Positions 11,486 to 21,271 of a stretch of DNA of 49,457 bases are shown piece after piece; the stretch's first letter is position 1, and each line of letters opens with the position of its first letter. Location: NCBI GenBank assembly GCA_000371745.1, contig AQUH01000003.1, positions 1-49,457 on the forward strand, in the 5' to 3' direction. The translations under genes were made by a program, and so were the position numbers. The notes under the pieces are model-generated. The model made no database searches and was not told the DNA's origin. It was given only the letters and a program-made list of their open reading frames with translations. The stretch comes from an alpha proteobacterium SCGC AAA280-B11. GTDB taxonomy: Bacteria > Pseudomonadota > Alphaproteobacteria > Pelagibacterales > Pelagibacteraceae.

Positions 11486-12046
11486 CTATTTTAGGGGCTG
11501 AATAATGAAAGTCATTTGCTTGCCTTCCATTTTTGGAGCCTGTTCAACTTTGCCAGTTATTTTTAAGTCGCTCACAATTCTACCTGCTAGATCTTTAGCT
11601 AATTGTAAATGCTGCATTTCTCTTCCTTTAAATTTAATTGTAAATTTTACCTTATCTCCTTTAGCTAAAAATTTCTCAGTTGCCTTCATTTTAAAATTGT
11701 AATCATGAACATCTGTTCCTGGTCTCATTTTAATTTCTTTAAGAGTTACAACTTTTTGTTTCTTTTTTGCTTGGCTGGCTTTTTTTTGTAATTCGTATTT
11801 ATATTTTCCAAAATCGGTTATTTTACAAACTGGTGGTTTTGCATTTGGGGCTATTTCAATTAAATCTAAACCCTGCTCCTTTGCAGTCATTAACGCATCG
11901 TTTAAAGAAACGATTCCAATATTTTGACCGTCACTTCCAATTAACTGGACATCTGTTGCTCGAATTCTATCGTTTACTTTTGGTCCACGATTTGAAGAGC
12001 TATTAGATCTAAAATTGCTTCTGTTGTTTTGAAAATTTTGATTAAT
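11486..12046 (-). CDS. infC: Translation initiation factor IF-3 (ATT start, 186 aa)
   Basis: Frame extends 52 codons upstream of the tracked ATG (…GPKVNDRIRATDVQLIGSDGQNIG…) to an ATT at 12046, 6 nt after an AGGAG SD that overlaps the thrS stop. Confidence 0.95.
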   Translation of the reverse strand: MNQNFQNNRSNFRSNSSSNRGPKVNDRIRATDVQLIGSDGQNIGIVSLNDALMTAKEQGLDLIEIAPNAKPPVCKITDFGKYKYELQKKASQAKKKQKVVTLKEIKMRPGTDVHDYNFKMKATEKFLAKGDKVKFTIKFKGREMQHLQLAKDLAGRIVSDLKITGKVEQAPKMEGKQMTFIIQPLK

Positions 12047-12055
12047 AACTTACTC

Positions 12056-13972
12056 CTAGATTTTTGGTATTGAAGATTCTTTAACCAATAAACTCACGGC
12101 TTCTTTTAAAGGTAATGTATCTTGTTTTTCTTGGCCAAGTCTTCGAAGCGTAATTGACTGACTCTCTTGTTCTTTAGATCCACAAATCATTAAAACTGGG
12201 GTCTTAGACAAAGAGTGTTCTCTAATCTTGTAATTAATTTTTTCATTCTTTAGATCAATAATATTCCTTATTTTGTTTTTATCAAGTTCAGCTGATACTT
12301 TTTTTGCATAATCGTCAAATTCTTGAGAAATTGGAAGAATTGCAACTTGTTTAGGTGACAGCCACAATGGAAGTTTGCCTGCGTAATGCTCAATTAGAAT
12401 CCCTATAAACCTTTCTAGCGATCCAAATAATGCTCGATGTAACATAACTGGATTTTTTTTGACTCCATCTTTATCAATATAAGTAGCACCTAATCTTCCT
12501 GGTAAATTTAAATCTACTTGCAGAGTTCCGCACTGCCAATCTCGACCGATTGTATCTCTTAAAACAAATTCAATTTTAGGACCATAAAATGCTCCTTCGC
12601 CTTTATTAATAGAATAATCTAGTTTCGATGCTTTCACAGCTTCTAATAATGCAGCTTCTGCTTTGTCCCAAAGTTTATCATCTCCAACTCTTTTTGCCGG
12701 ACGATCGGAATATTTTAAAATTACATTTTCAAAACCAAACGCCTTATAAATATCTAAGATTAATTTAGTAACTTTTAATGACTCTTCTGTAATTTGATTT
12801 TCAGTGCAAAAAATATGAGCATCGTCTTGAGTAAAAGATCTAACTCTCATTAATCCATGCAAAGATCCTGAGCTTTCATAACGATGAACTTTCCCAAATT
12901 CTGATAATTTTAAAGGCAAATCTCTATAACTTTTTAATCCTTGATTAAAAATCTGAACACAACCAGGACAGTTCATAGGCTTAATTGCGAACACTCTCTC
13001 GTCTGGAGTTGTTGTTGTATACATGTGTTCTTGAAATTTTTCCCAGTGACCGGATTTTTCCCACAATGTTTTATCTAAAATATCTGGCGTATTAACTTCT
13101 CGATAACCAGCTTCATTTTGTTTTTGTCGCATAAAATCTATTAACGACTGGAATAACTGCCAACCAGCTTCATGCCAAAAAACGGCTCCTGGACTTTCTT
13201 CTTGAAAATGAAATAAATCCATAACCTTCCCAAGTTTACGATGATCTCTTTTCTCAGCTTCTTCAATTCTATGCAAATATTCATCTAGCTCTTTTTTATT
13301 TCTCCAGCACGTTCCATAAATTCTTTGTAGCATTTCATTATTAGAATCTCCTCGCCAATAAGCTCCTGCTAATTTCATTAGCTTAAATGCTTTTCCTATT
13401 TTACCTGTAGAAGAAAGATGCGGACCTCTGCACAAATCATGCCACTGACCATGAAAATAAATTGAAATTTCTTCTTTAGTTGGAATACTTTTTATTATTT
13501 CAGCTTTATATAACTCTCCTTTTTTTTTAAAATGTTCTATAGCTTTTTCTCTATCCCAAACTTCTCTTGTTGTCGGTTCATCTCGATCAATAATTTCTCT
13601 CATTTTTTCTTCGATCTTTACTAAATCATCATCAGTAAAAGGTTTTTTTCTGGAAAAATCATAATAAAAACCGTTTTCAATAACTGGACCGATAGTAACT
13701 TGAGTATCTTTAAATAATTCTTGAACTGCCATAGCAAGCACATGTGCAGTATCGTGTCTTATTACTTCTAATCCGTAATCATCTTCTAATGTAATAATTT
13801 GAATTACAGAATCTTTTTCAATTACTGTGCTTAAATCTTTAAAACTATCATTAACTTTTATAACTAAAGCTTTTTTTGCAAGTGAAGGGCTAATAGTTTT
13901 TGCTATTTCATACCCATTAACTTTTTCTGGAAATTGGAGTTTTTTTCCATCTAGAAGTGTAATGTTAAGCAT
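12056..13972 (-). CDS. thrS: Threonine-tRNA ligase
   Basis: TGS domain, RHDTAH, DLCRGPH, KPMNCPG, GSLERFIG. Confidence 0.98.
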   Translation of the reverse strand: MLNITLLDGKKLQFPEKVNGYEIAKTISPSLAKKALVIKVNDSFKDLSTVIEKDSVIQIITLEDDYGLEVIRHDTAHVLAMAVQELFKDTQVTIGPVIENGFYYDFSRKKPFTDDDLVKIEEKMREIIDRDEPTTREVWDREKAIEHFKKKGELYKAEIIKSIPTKEEISIYFHGQWHDLCRGPHLSSTGKIGKAFKLMKLAGAYWRGDSNNEMLQRIYGTCWRNKKELDEYLHRIEEAEKRDHRKLGKVMDLFHFQEESPGAVFWHEAGWQLFQSLIDFMRQKQNEAGYREVNTPDILDKTLWEKSGHWEKFQEHMYTTTTPDERVFAIKPMNCPGCVQIFNQGLKSYRDLPLKLSEFGKVHRYESSGSLHGLMRVRSFTQDDAHIFCTENQITEESLKVTKLILDIYKAFGFENVILKYSDRPAKRVGDDKLWDKAEAALLEAVKASKLDYSINKGEGAFYGPKIEFVLRDTIGRDWQCGTLQVDLNLPGRLGATYIDKDGVKKNPVMLHRALFGSLERFIGILIEHYAGKLPLWLSPKQVAILPISQEFDDYAKKVSAELDKNKIRNIIDLKNEKINYKIREHSLSKTPVLMICGSKEQESQSITLRRLGQEKQDTLPLKEAVSLLVKESSIPKI

Positions 13973-13980
13973 GTCTCTTA

Positions 13981-15120
13981 TTAAACTAAGGACTTATAAA
14001 TTTCTAGTGTTTTAGAACACATCTGCTCAACTGTATAATTGTCGCTTACATTCTTTCTGCCTTTTAATCCAAATTCTTTTAATGAACTTTTGTCTTTTTT
14101 AGAAATATTAACAATAAAATTTGCTAAATTTTTTTCACTATTAGATTCAAATAACCAACCTGTTTCACCATCAATTACTGTCTCAATGGAACCTCCAATA
14201 TTGCTGGCAAGAATTGGTTTTTCCATTGCTTGAGCTTCTACTGCTACTCTACCAAAAGCTTCTGGCTCAACTGAAGCTGATAATACTAAATCGCATGCAT
14301 TATAAGCGGATGGCATAAAAGATTCATTAGAGATTATTTTAACGTGATTTTCTAAATTATTTTCATTAATAAATTTTAACAAACTTTCTTTATATTGAAT
14401 TCTTCCTTGCTCATCGCCAAGTATAACTGCGCTAATATTTTTCAATAAATTTTCTTTTTTTAGAAGCAAAAAAGCTCTTAAAAAAAACATTTGTCCTTTC
14501 CAGGAAGTTAATCTGCCAGGAAGTAAAATCAAAAAATTGTTAACAGATACATTCCAACGATTTCTAACTTTATTAGATTCTTCAATATTTGTATTTTTCG
14601 GGTCAAAATAAATAATATCTATTCCTCTAGGTACAACGAACAACTGTTTAAAATTGTTGTAGTTTTTTTTTATATGATCAAAAATAAATTTTGAACCAGC
14701 AATAACAGCGTTTCCTCTTAACATAATTGAATTATAAAATTTTTTAAAAAAATTATTAAAATTATAAGTACCGTGAAAAGTGGAAATTAAAAAAACATTA
14801 GATAATTTGCTAGCAAAATAACAAGACCAGGCAGGAGCTCTGCTACGAACATGAATGATATTAATTTTATGAAACAAGACAATAAATAAAATTACAAATA
14901 TATTAAATAAAATTAATAAAGGATTTTTACTATGAACTGGAAATATAAAAATTTTTATTCTTGTTTGATCTATATTTTTAATTTGTCTACCTCCAGAGCA
15001 TAAAATTGCTGAATAATAATTTTGATTAGCTATAAATTTTGCAATATCAATACAACCTGTTTCTGCTCCACCTGTATCTAATCTTGGAATTACTTGTAAT
15101 AAACGAATTTTTTTATCCAT
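13981..15120 (-). CDS. Glycosyltransferase family 4 (GT-B)
   Basis: GGAE, HVRSRAPAW, GRLTSWKG, EAFGRVAVEA (E-x7-E). Confidence 0.92.
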   Translation of the reverse strand: MDKKIRLLQVIPRLDTGGAETGCIDIAKFIANQNYYSAILCSGGRQIKNIDQTRIKIFIFPVHSKNPLLILFNIFVILFIVLFHKINIIHVRSRAPAWSCYFASKLSNVFLISTFHGTYNFNNFFKKFYNSIMLRGNAVIAGSKFIFDHIKKNYNNFKQLFVVPRGIDIIYFDPKNTNIEESNKVRNRWNVSVNNFLILLPGRLTSWKGQMFFLRAFLLLKKENLLKNISAVILGDEQGRIQYKESLLKFINENNLENHVKIISNESFMPSAYNACDLVLSASVEPEAFGRVAVEAQAMEKPILASNIGGSIETVIDGETGWLFESNSEKNLANFIVNISKKDKSSLKEFGLKGRKNVSDNYTVEQMCSKTLEIYKSLV

Positions 15121-15146
15121 TATATTAATATGCTATACTTTTAAGA

Positions 15147-15899
15147 ATGAATAATCCAAAGCAAATTTTTTTTTCAACAAAAAATAATCAAAAAATTCAT
15201 TACAAATTTATTAATAAAAAAAGTTCAATTACAATTATTTTTCTTCATGGGCTTATGTCGGATATTAAAAGTAAAAAAGCAAAGTACTTACGAAAATTTA
15301 CTAATAAAAATAAAATAAATTTATTATTATTTGAATATAGTGGTCATGGTAGATCGTCAGGAAAATTTACAGACTTTAGTATTAAAAATTGGATAGAAGA
15401 TTCAAAAGCGATCATAGAAAAAATAGCAAATAAAAATAGTTTAATTTTAATTGGCTCAAGCATGGGGGCTTGGGTTGGCATTCACCTCATTAAATACTTT
15501 CATAAAAAAATTAAAGGTTTTATTGGCATTGCTCCTGCTCCTGATTTTACTGAAGAACTAATGTGGAAAAAATTCAATAATTTTGAAAAAAAAAAAATAA
15601 CACAAAATAAAATTTATAAATTAAAAAGCAGTTATAATAATTTTTATCCTATAACAAAAAAATTCATTTTTGATGGAAAAAAACTATTGGTCTTGAATAA
15701 AAAAATTAAATGTAATTTCCCAATTGAACTTCTGCATGGAACTAACGACAGTTCTGTTCCTTGGAATTATTCATTTTTATTAAGTAAAGTTTTAATAAGT
15801 AAAAATATAAAAATAACTATCATTAAGGATGGAGAACATAGCTTGTCAAGAGCTACTGATCTCAAAAAATTAAATCTAGCGATTAAAAATATTCTTTAA
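15147..15899 (+). CDS. Alpha/beta hydrolase
   Basis: HGLMSD, YSGHGRS, nucleophile elbow GSSMG, HGTND, GEHSLS. Confidence 0.9.
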   Translation: MNNPKQIFFSTKNNQKIHYKFINKKSSITIIFLHGLMSDIKSKKAKYLRKFTNKNKINLLLFEYSGHGRSSGKFTDFSIKNWIEDSKAIIEKIANKNSLILIGSSMGAWVGIHLIKYFHKKIKGFIGIAPAPDFTEELMWKKFNNFEKKKITQNKIYKLKSSYNNFYPITKKFIFDGKKLLVLNKKIKCNFPIELLHGTNDSSVPWNYSFLLSKVLISKNIKITIIKDGEHSLSRATDLKKLNLAIKNIL

Positions 15900-16772
15900 A
15901 ATATTTTTTAAACCTTCTTTGTATGTTGGAAAATTTAATTTTACCTTTAAATCTTTTCTAATTTTTTTATTACTAACTTTTTTTGAATCTTTGTAAAAAT
16001 CTTTCATCTCTCCTTCTTTTAAATCCTTAAAGAAAAGTGGTTTTAATGGTTTAATGCCTATCAAACTACAAGCATATAAGACAGTTTGCTCATAAGAAGA
16101 TGGTTCATTATCTGCTACATTATAAATCTCTCCTGCTTTTGAATAAGATAAAGATTTAAATAAAACTTCAGCTATGTCAGCAACATGAATTCGCGAAAAG
16201 AAATTATTACTTTTTTTAACATATCGAACTTGACTATTAGTTAATCTCAAAAAAATATTTTTTTCTGGAGAATAAATTCCAGACAATCTAAATATTCTTG
16301 TTGGGATTAATTGATATTTGTGAAGTTTAAGCCAATTATTCTCAGCTATAATTCTATTAATTCCTGTATCATTACTGCTTAATAATTTGCTACTTTCATT
16401 AACCCAATTGCCATTATGATTTCCATAAACACTTGTGGATGAAAGATACGCTAACCATTTAATTTTTTTACTTGAAACAATCTCGTTATAAAAATTTTCA
16501 ATGACAAGGTCTCTTCTGTCTTTTGGCGGTACTGATATTAAAATATGAGTTGCTAATAAAAGATGTTTTATGATTTTTTCATCAAATTTATAATCCTCAA
16601 AATAAAAATTTTTATAAGCAATATTCTCAAATTTTTTATTTAGAACTTTAGATCTTGAAGTTGTTATTAAATTGATTTTGTATTTGTTTTTTAAAAGCTC
16701 TCTTACAAAGTACTGGGCTGTTAAACCGAAACCAAAACAAACTAGATTGATTGATTTAAACTGCTTTTTCAT
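15876..16772 (-). CDS. NAD-dependent epimerase/dehydratase-like (atypical SDR)
   Basis: GFGLTA Rossmann-like motif, YLSSTSVYG, FRLSGIY, SRIHVADI. Confidence 0.85.
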   Translation of the reverse strand: MKKQFKSINLVCFGFGLTAQYFVRELLKNKYKINLITTSRSKVLNKKFENIAYKNFYFEDYKFDEKIIKHLLLATHILISVPPKDRRDLVIENFYNEIVSSKKIKWLAYLSSTSVYGNHNGNWVNESSKLLSSNDTGINRIIAENNWLKLHKYQLIPTRIFRLSGIYSPEKNIFLRLTNSQVRYVKKSNNFFSRIHVADIAEVLFKSLSYSKAGEIYNVADNEPSSYEQTVLYACSLIGIKPLKPLFFKDLKEGEMKDFYKDSKKVSNKKIRKDLKVKLNFPTYKEGLKNILKNIFNR

Positions 16773-19700
16773 GAACTGCCTTATTCGATAATGGGTGTTT
16801 TAACTTATCTAACATTTCTTTAGGGCAAACTTGATAAAAGTTACTCTTTTCACTAGTCCACTGCTGAATAATTTTCTTTGAATAAGCTGATTGAGTTTCA
16901 TTTGCATGCAATTGTATTAAATCTAAAAGAAACTTACTCCAATAATCCGTCTCAACTCTTTGCCAGATAACAGAGGCAGGATTTACATAATTTTCAAAAT
17001 TGTTTTCAGGGTCATAAACAAATGCCATTCCACCTGTCATTCCTGCTGCAAAATTATCACCAATTTCACCTAAGATAACAACATTACCACCTGTCATATA
17101 TTCGCAACCATTTGTTCCGCAACCTTCAACAACAGCTGTGGCTCCTGAATTCCTAACTGCAAATCTTTCTCCTGCTTGTCCTGCAGCAAGCAATAGTCCA
17201 GATGTTGCACCATACAAAACCGTATTACCAATAATTGTATTTTTGGAAGTTTGTATTTCACTATTTGATGCAGGCTTTATAATTATTTTTGCACCTGATA
17301 ATCCTTTGCCAACATAATCGTTTGCATCTCCAGTTACTTCTAATTTAATTCCATTGACCCCAAAAGCTCCTAAAGATTGTCCAGCAGATCCTCTTAATTT
17401 AATTAAAATATGATCTTCCGATAATTTTTTATTCTTATATTGCGTTGTAATAATTGAACTTAATCTCGTTCCAACAGATCTATGTGTATTTTTAACAGCA
17501 TAACTTAATTGAAATTTTTGACCTTTTTCAATTAAAGATAAAGAATCTTTTATAATTTGTTTATCCAAACTATCTGGTACTTCTTTTCTTTCTCTTTTTA
17601 AACTATATCTTGGGTTCTCACCTGGATCTGCTTGAACCAATAAAGGATTCAAATCTAAATCATCCAAGTTAGAAGATCCTCTGCTTACTTGTTTTAATAA
17701 ATCTGTTCTTCCAACAATCTCATTTAAAGATTTAAAACCAAGACTTGCTAAAATTTCTCTTACTTCCTCAGCAACGAATGAAAATAGATTAACAACTTTT
17801 TCAGGTGTTCCTGTAAATTTTTTTATAAGTTCTTCATCTTGAGTACAAATTCCAACTGGGCATGTATTAGAATGACATTGTCTAACCATTATGCAGCCCA
17901 TTGCTATTAATGAAGTTGTAGCTATTCCAAAATCGTCAGCCCCCATCATTGCTGCCATTACTACATCTCTTCCAGTTTTAATTCCCCCGTCAGTTCTCAG
18001 GATAACTTCATGTCTTAAACCGTTTAAAGTTAAAATTTGATTAGCCTCTGTTAAACCAATTTCCCACGGAAGCCCCGCATACTTTACACTCGTTAATGGA
18101 GACGCTCCGGTTCCTCCTGAATGTCCGCTGATTAAAATTACGTCAGCTTTTGCTTTTGCAACTCCTGCAGCAATAGTACCTATCCCTGTTGATGAGACTA
18201 ACTTAACTCCAATTTTTGCTTTAGGGTTTATCTGTTTTAAATCGTAGATAAGTTGCGATAAATCCTCAATTGAATAAATATCATGATGAGGAGGTGGAGA
18301 TATTAAAGTAACTCCAGGAGTTGAATGTCTTAATCTTGCAATTTCAGCTGTAACTTTAAAACCAGGCAGTTGTCCGCCCTCTCCAGGTTTTGCACCTTGT
18401 GATACTTTAATTTCTATTTCATCACAGTTGTTTAAGTATTCTGCCGTTACACCAAATCTAGCTGATGCAATTTGTTTAACTCTTGAATTTGCATTATCTC
18501 CATTCTCTCTTGGTATTGCTCTTTTAGCATCCTCTCCTCCTTCTCCGCTACAAGATGCGCCACCAATTCTATTCATAGCAATTGCTAAAGTTTCATGAGC
18601 TTCTTTCGAAAGCGCTCCTAGCGACATACTTCCGCTTCCAAATCTTTTTCTAATATTTGTAATAGATTCAACTTCTTCAATTGAAATTGGTTTTTTAGTT
18701 AAGTTAAAATCTAAAAGATCTCTAAGATTAATAGGATGTTGTTCATTTATAATTTTTGAATATTTTTTATACAAATCATAAGAATCAGTTGCGACCGCTG
18801 TTTGTAACATGTGCATTGTCATTGCTTGATTAGCATGCTGCTCTCCGTCTTTTCTAAATTTATAAAATCCACCAATCGGTAAACTAATAACATTTCCTCT
18901 AAATGCTTTTTGGTGTTGAATTCTGATCATTTTTTCAATACCTGAAACTCCAATTCCAGAAATCTTTGAGTACATTCCAGGAAAATATTCTGCTACTAAC
19001 GATCTACTTAATCCCATGCCACTAAAATTTAATCCTCCTCTGTAAGAACTAATTACAGAAATCCCAAGTTTAGACATAACTTTTAACAAACCATCATTCA
19101 CGGCTTTGATGTAGTTGGTAACACATTCTGAAAAATTTAATTTTCCAAAAATCTTTTTTTGATACCTTTGATAAATACAATCCAGTGCTAAATAAGGATT
19201 AACCGTTGTCGCGCCAACACCAATTAAAACTGCAAAATAATGAACATCTAAACATTCTGCAGACTTTACGTTCAAAGAAGTAAATTTTCTAAGTCCATTA
19301 TTAACTAGGTGGGTTTGAACGGCCCCTGTTGCAAGAATAATTGGTATTCCAATTCTTGTTGTCGAAATATTTTCATCAGTTAAAATTATATGTTTAATGC
19401 CTTCTCTTACCGCAAGTTCAGCTTCAACTTGAATTCTTTTTAACTCTTTTTTTAAATCGGTCTCATCATCTCTAGCTTCAAATGTGCAATCTATTTCCTT
19501 ATATTTTTCATTTAAAACTTCGAATAATTTTTTAAATTGTGCATTAGATAATACTGGGCTTTCTAAAAGATAACTTTTTTTATTAAATAGATCCTCCCCT
19601 AAAATATTTTGTAAATTTCCAATTCTTGTATTTAAAGACATAACTCTATTTTCTCTCAAAGAGTCGATTGGAGGGTTTGTTACTTGGCTAAAATTTTGTC

Positions 19701-21267
19701 TAAAAAAGTGGGATAATGGCCTATAAACATCAGATAAAACAGCTGCTGGGGTATCATCCCCCATAGATCCAACCGCCTCTTTTTGATCTTCGACCATTGG
19801 ATGTAAAATCATTTCCAAATCTTCAATAGATATTCCTGCTGCGTATTGTTTTTGTCTTAATTTATCTCCTTCAAAAGAATTGAATTCTTCTAAGTTATTA
19901 AACTTTTTACTAATCTCGATTAAATTCTGACTAAATTTTTTATAAATAGGATTTTTAGATAATAAATCTTTAATTTTTTTATCATTGTAATAAACGCCTT
20001 CATCAAGATTAACAGCTATCATCTGACCTGGTCCTACTCTGCCTCTGTAAATAATATTTTCTTCTTGAACAGGAACCATACCAGTCTCAGATCCTGCAAA
20101 TAAAATCTTATCTTTTGTAATTGTATATCTCAAAGGCCTTAAACCATTTCTATCAGTTGCAGCTAAAATCCAATTTCCATCTGTTGCAGCAATTGCAGCT
20201 GGTCCATCCCATGGTTCGATCACGGAATTTAAATAGTTATACATATCTCTATAAGCCTGCGGAATAATTTTGCTTCTTTTGGACCATGCTTCGGGCATCA
20301 ACATCATTTTTACAAGCGGCAATAGTCTTCCAGATCTTGTTAACAATTCAAACACAGCATCAAGACAAGCTGTATCTGAGCTTCCTGATTTCAAAATTGG
20401 TTTTAAGTCTTCAATATTTGGATAAAGATCCGACTGAAGTCCTTGTTCATGAGTCTTCATCCAGTTTATATTTCCTTTTAAAGTATTGATCTCGCCATTG
20501 TGAGCTAAAATTCTAAACGGTTGAGCAAGTTCCCAACTTGGAAAAGTATTTGTTGAATATCTTTGATGAAAAATTGAAAATCTAGAAATAAATCTTTTAT
20601 CTAATAAATCCGGGTAAAAATCTGATAAATTTTCAGCTAAAAACATTCCTTTATAAATTATTGATCTTGAGCTAATAGATGAAATATAAAAATCTTTTAG
20701 TTGTGATTGAGTAATACTGTTCTCAATTTTTTTTCTTACAATATAGATATTTCTTTCTAATTCTTCTGATTCTGTTTTTTTAATTGGCGAAAATAATATT
20801 TGCTCAATTTCAGGTCTTGTATCATTTGCTTTAATACCAAGAACCTTTGCTTTTACCGGAACATGTCTCCAGCCAAAAATATAAAAATTATTAGATAATA
20901 ATTCATGTTCAACAATAGTTCTACAAGCCTCTTGTGCACCATAATCGTTTCTAGGTAAAAAAATCATACCCACGCAAAGCTGATCGTTTTTGTGAGTATG
21001 ATGTCCTGTAATTTTTATTTGTTCTTCAAAAAAATCTTTTGCCAATTCAACATGAATGCCAGCTCCATCTCCTGTTTTTCCATCTTTATCTACCGCACCT
21101 CTGTGCCACACTGCTTTTAAAGCCTCAATTCCATTCTCAACAACTTCTCTTCTTGGTTTTCCATCAATAGAGGCAACAAATCCTACGCCGCAAGCATCGT
21201 GCTCATCTTCTTTTTTATAAACGCCTGCCTTGATTAATTTTTCTAAGTTTTTATCTAAAATCTTCAT
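16756..21267 (-). CDS. gltB: Glutamate synthase large subunit
   Basis: HDA|CGVGF amidotransferase N-terminus, GAKPGEGGQLPG, 3Fe-4S CIMVRQCHSNTC. Start placed at ATG 21267, 4 nt after the gltD stop, rather than 21303. Confidence 0.97.
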   Translation of the reverse strand: MKILDKNLEKLIKAGVYKKEDEHDACGVGFVASIDGKPRREVVENGIEALKAVWHRGAVDKDGKTGDGAGIHVELAKDFFEEQIKITGHHTHKNDQLCVGMIFLPRNDYGAQEACRTIVEHELLSNNFYIFGWRHVPVKAKVLGIKANDTRPEIEQILFSPIKKTESEELERNIYIVRKKIENSITQSQLKDFYISSISSRSIIYKGMFLAENLSDFYPDLLDKRFISRFSIFHQRYSTNTFPSWELAQPFRILAHNGEINTLKGNINWMKTHEQGLQSDLYPNIEDLKPILKSGSSDTACLDAVFELLTRSGRLLPLVKMMLMPEAWSKRSKIIPQAYRDMYNYLNSVIEPWDGPAAIAATDGNWILAATDRNGLRPLRYTITKDKILFAGSETGMVPVQEENIIYRGRVGPGQMIAVNLDEGVYYNDKKIKDLLSKNPIYKKFSQNLIEISKKFNNLEEFNSFEGDKLRQKQYAAGISIEDLEMILHPMVEDQKEAVGSMGDDTPAAVLSDVYRPLSHFFRQNFSQVTNPPIDSLRENRVMSLNTRIGNLQNILGEDLFNKKSYLLESPVLSNAQFKKLFEVLNEKYKEIDCTFEARDDETDLKKELKRIQVEAELAVREGIKHIILTDENISTTRIGIPIILATGAVQTHLVNNGLRKFTSLNVKSAECLDVHYFAVLIGVGATTVNPYLALDCIYQRYQKKIFGKLNFSECVTNYIKAVNDGLLKVMSKLGISVISSYRGGLNFSGMGLSRSLVAEYFPGMYSKISGIGVSGIEKMIRIQHQKAFRGNVISLPIGGFYKFRKDGEQHANQAMTMHMLQTAVATDSYDLYKKYSKIINEQHPINLRDLLDFNLTKKPISIEEVESITNIRKRFGSGSMSLGALSKEAHETLAIAMNRIGGASCSGEGGEDAKRAIPRENGDNANSRVKQIASARFGVTAEYLNNCDEIEIKVSQGAKPGEGGQLPGFKVTAEIARLRHSTPGVTLISPPPHHDIYSIEDLSQLIYDLKQINPKAKIGVKLVSSTGIGTIAAGVAKAKADVILISGHSGGTGASPLTSVKYAGLPWEIGLTEANQILTLNGLRHEVILRTDGGIKTGRDVVMAAMMGADDFGIATTSLIAMGCIMVRQCHSNTCPVGICTQDEELIKKFTGTPEKVVNLFSFVAEEVREILASLGFKSLNEIVGRTDLLKQVSRGSSNLDDLDLNPLLVQADPGENPRYSLKRERKEVPDSLDKQIIKDSLSLIEKGQKFQLSYAVKNTHRSVGTRLSSIITTQYKNKKLSEDHILIKLRGSAGQSLGAFGVNGIKLEVTGDANDYVGKGLSGAKIIIKPASNSEIQTSKNTIIGNTVLYGATSGLLLAAGQAGERFAVRNSGATAVVEGCGTNGCEYMTGGNVVILGEIGDNFAAGMTGGMAFVYDPENNFENYVNPASVIWQRVETDYWSKFLLDLIQLHANETQSAYSKKIIQQWTSEKSNFYQVCPKEMLDKLKHPLSNKAVHEKAV

Positions 21268-21271
21268 AAAT

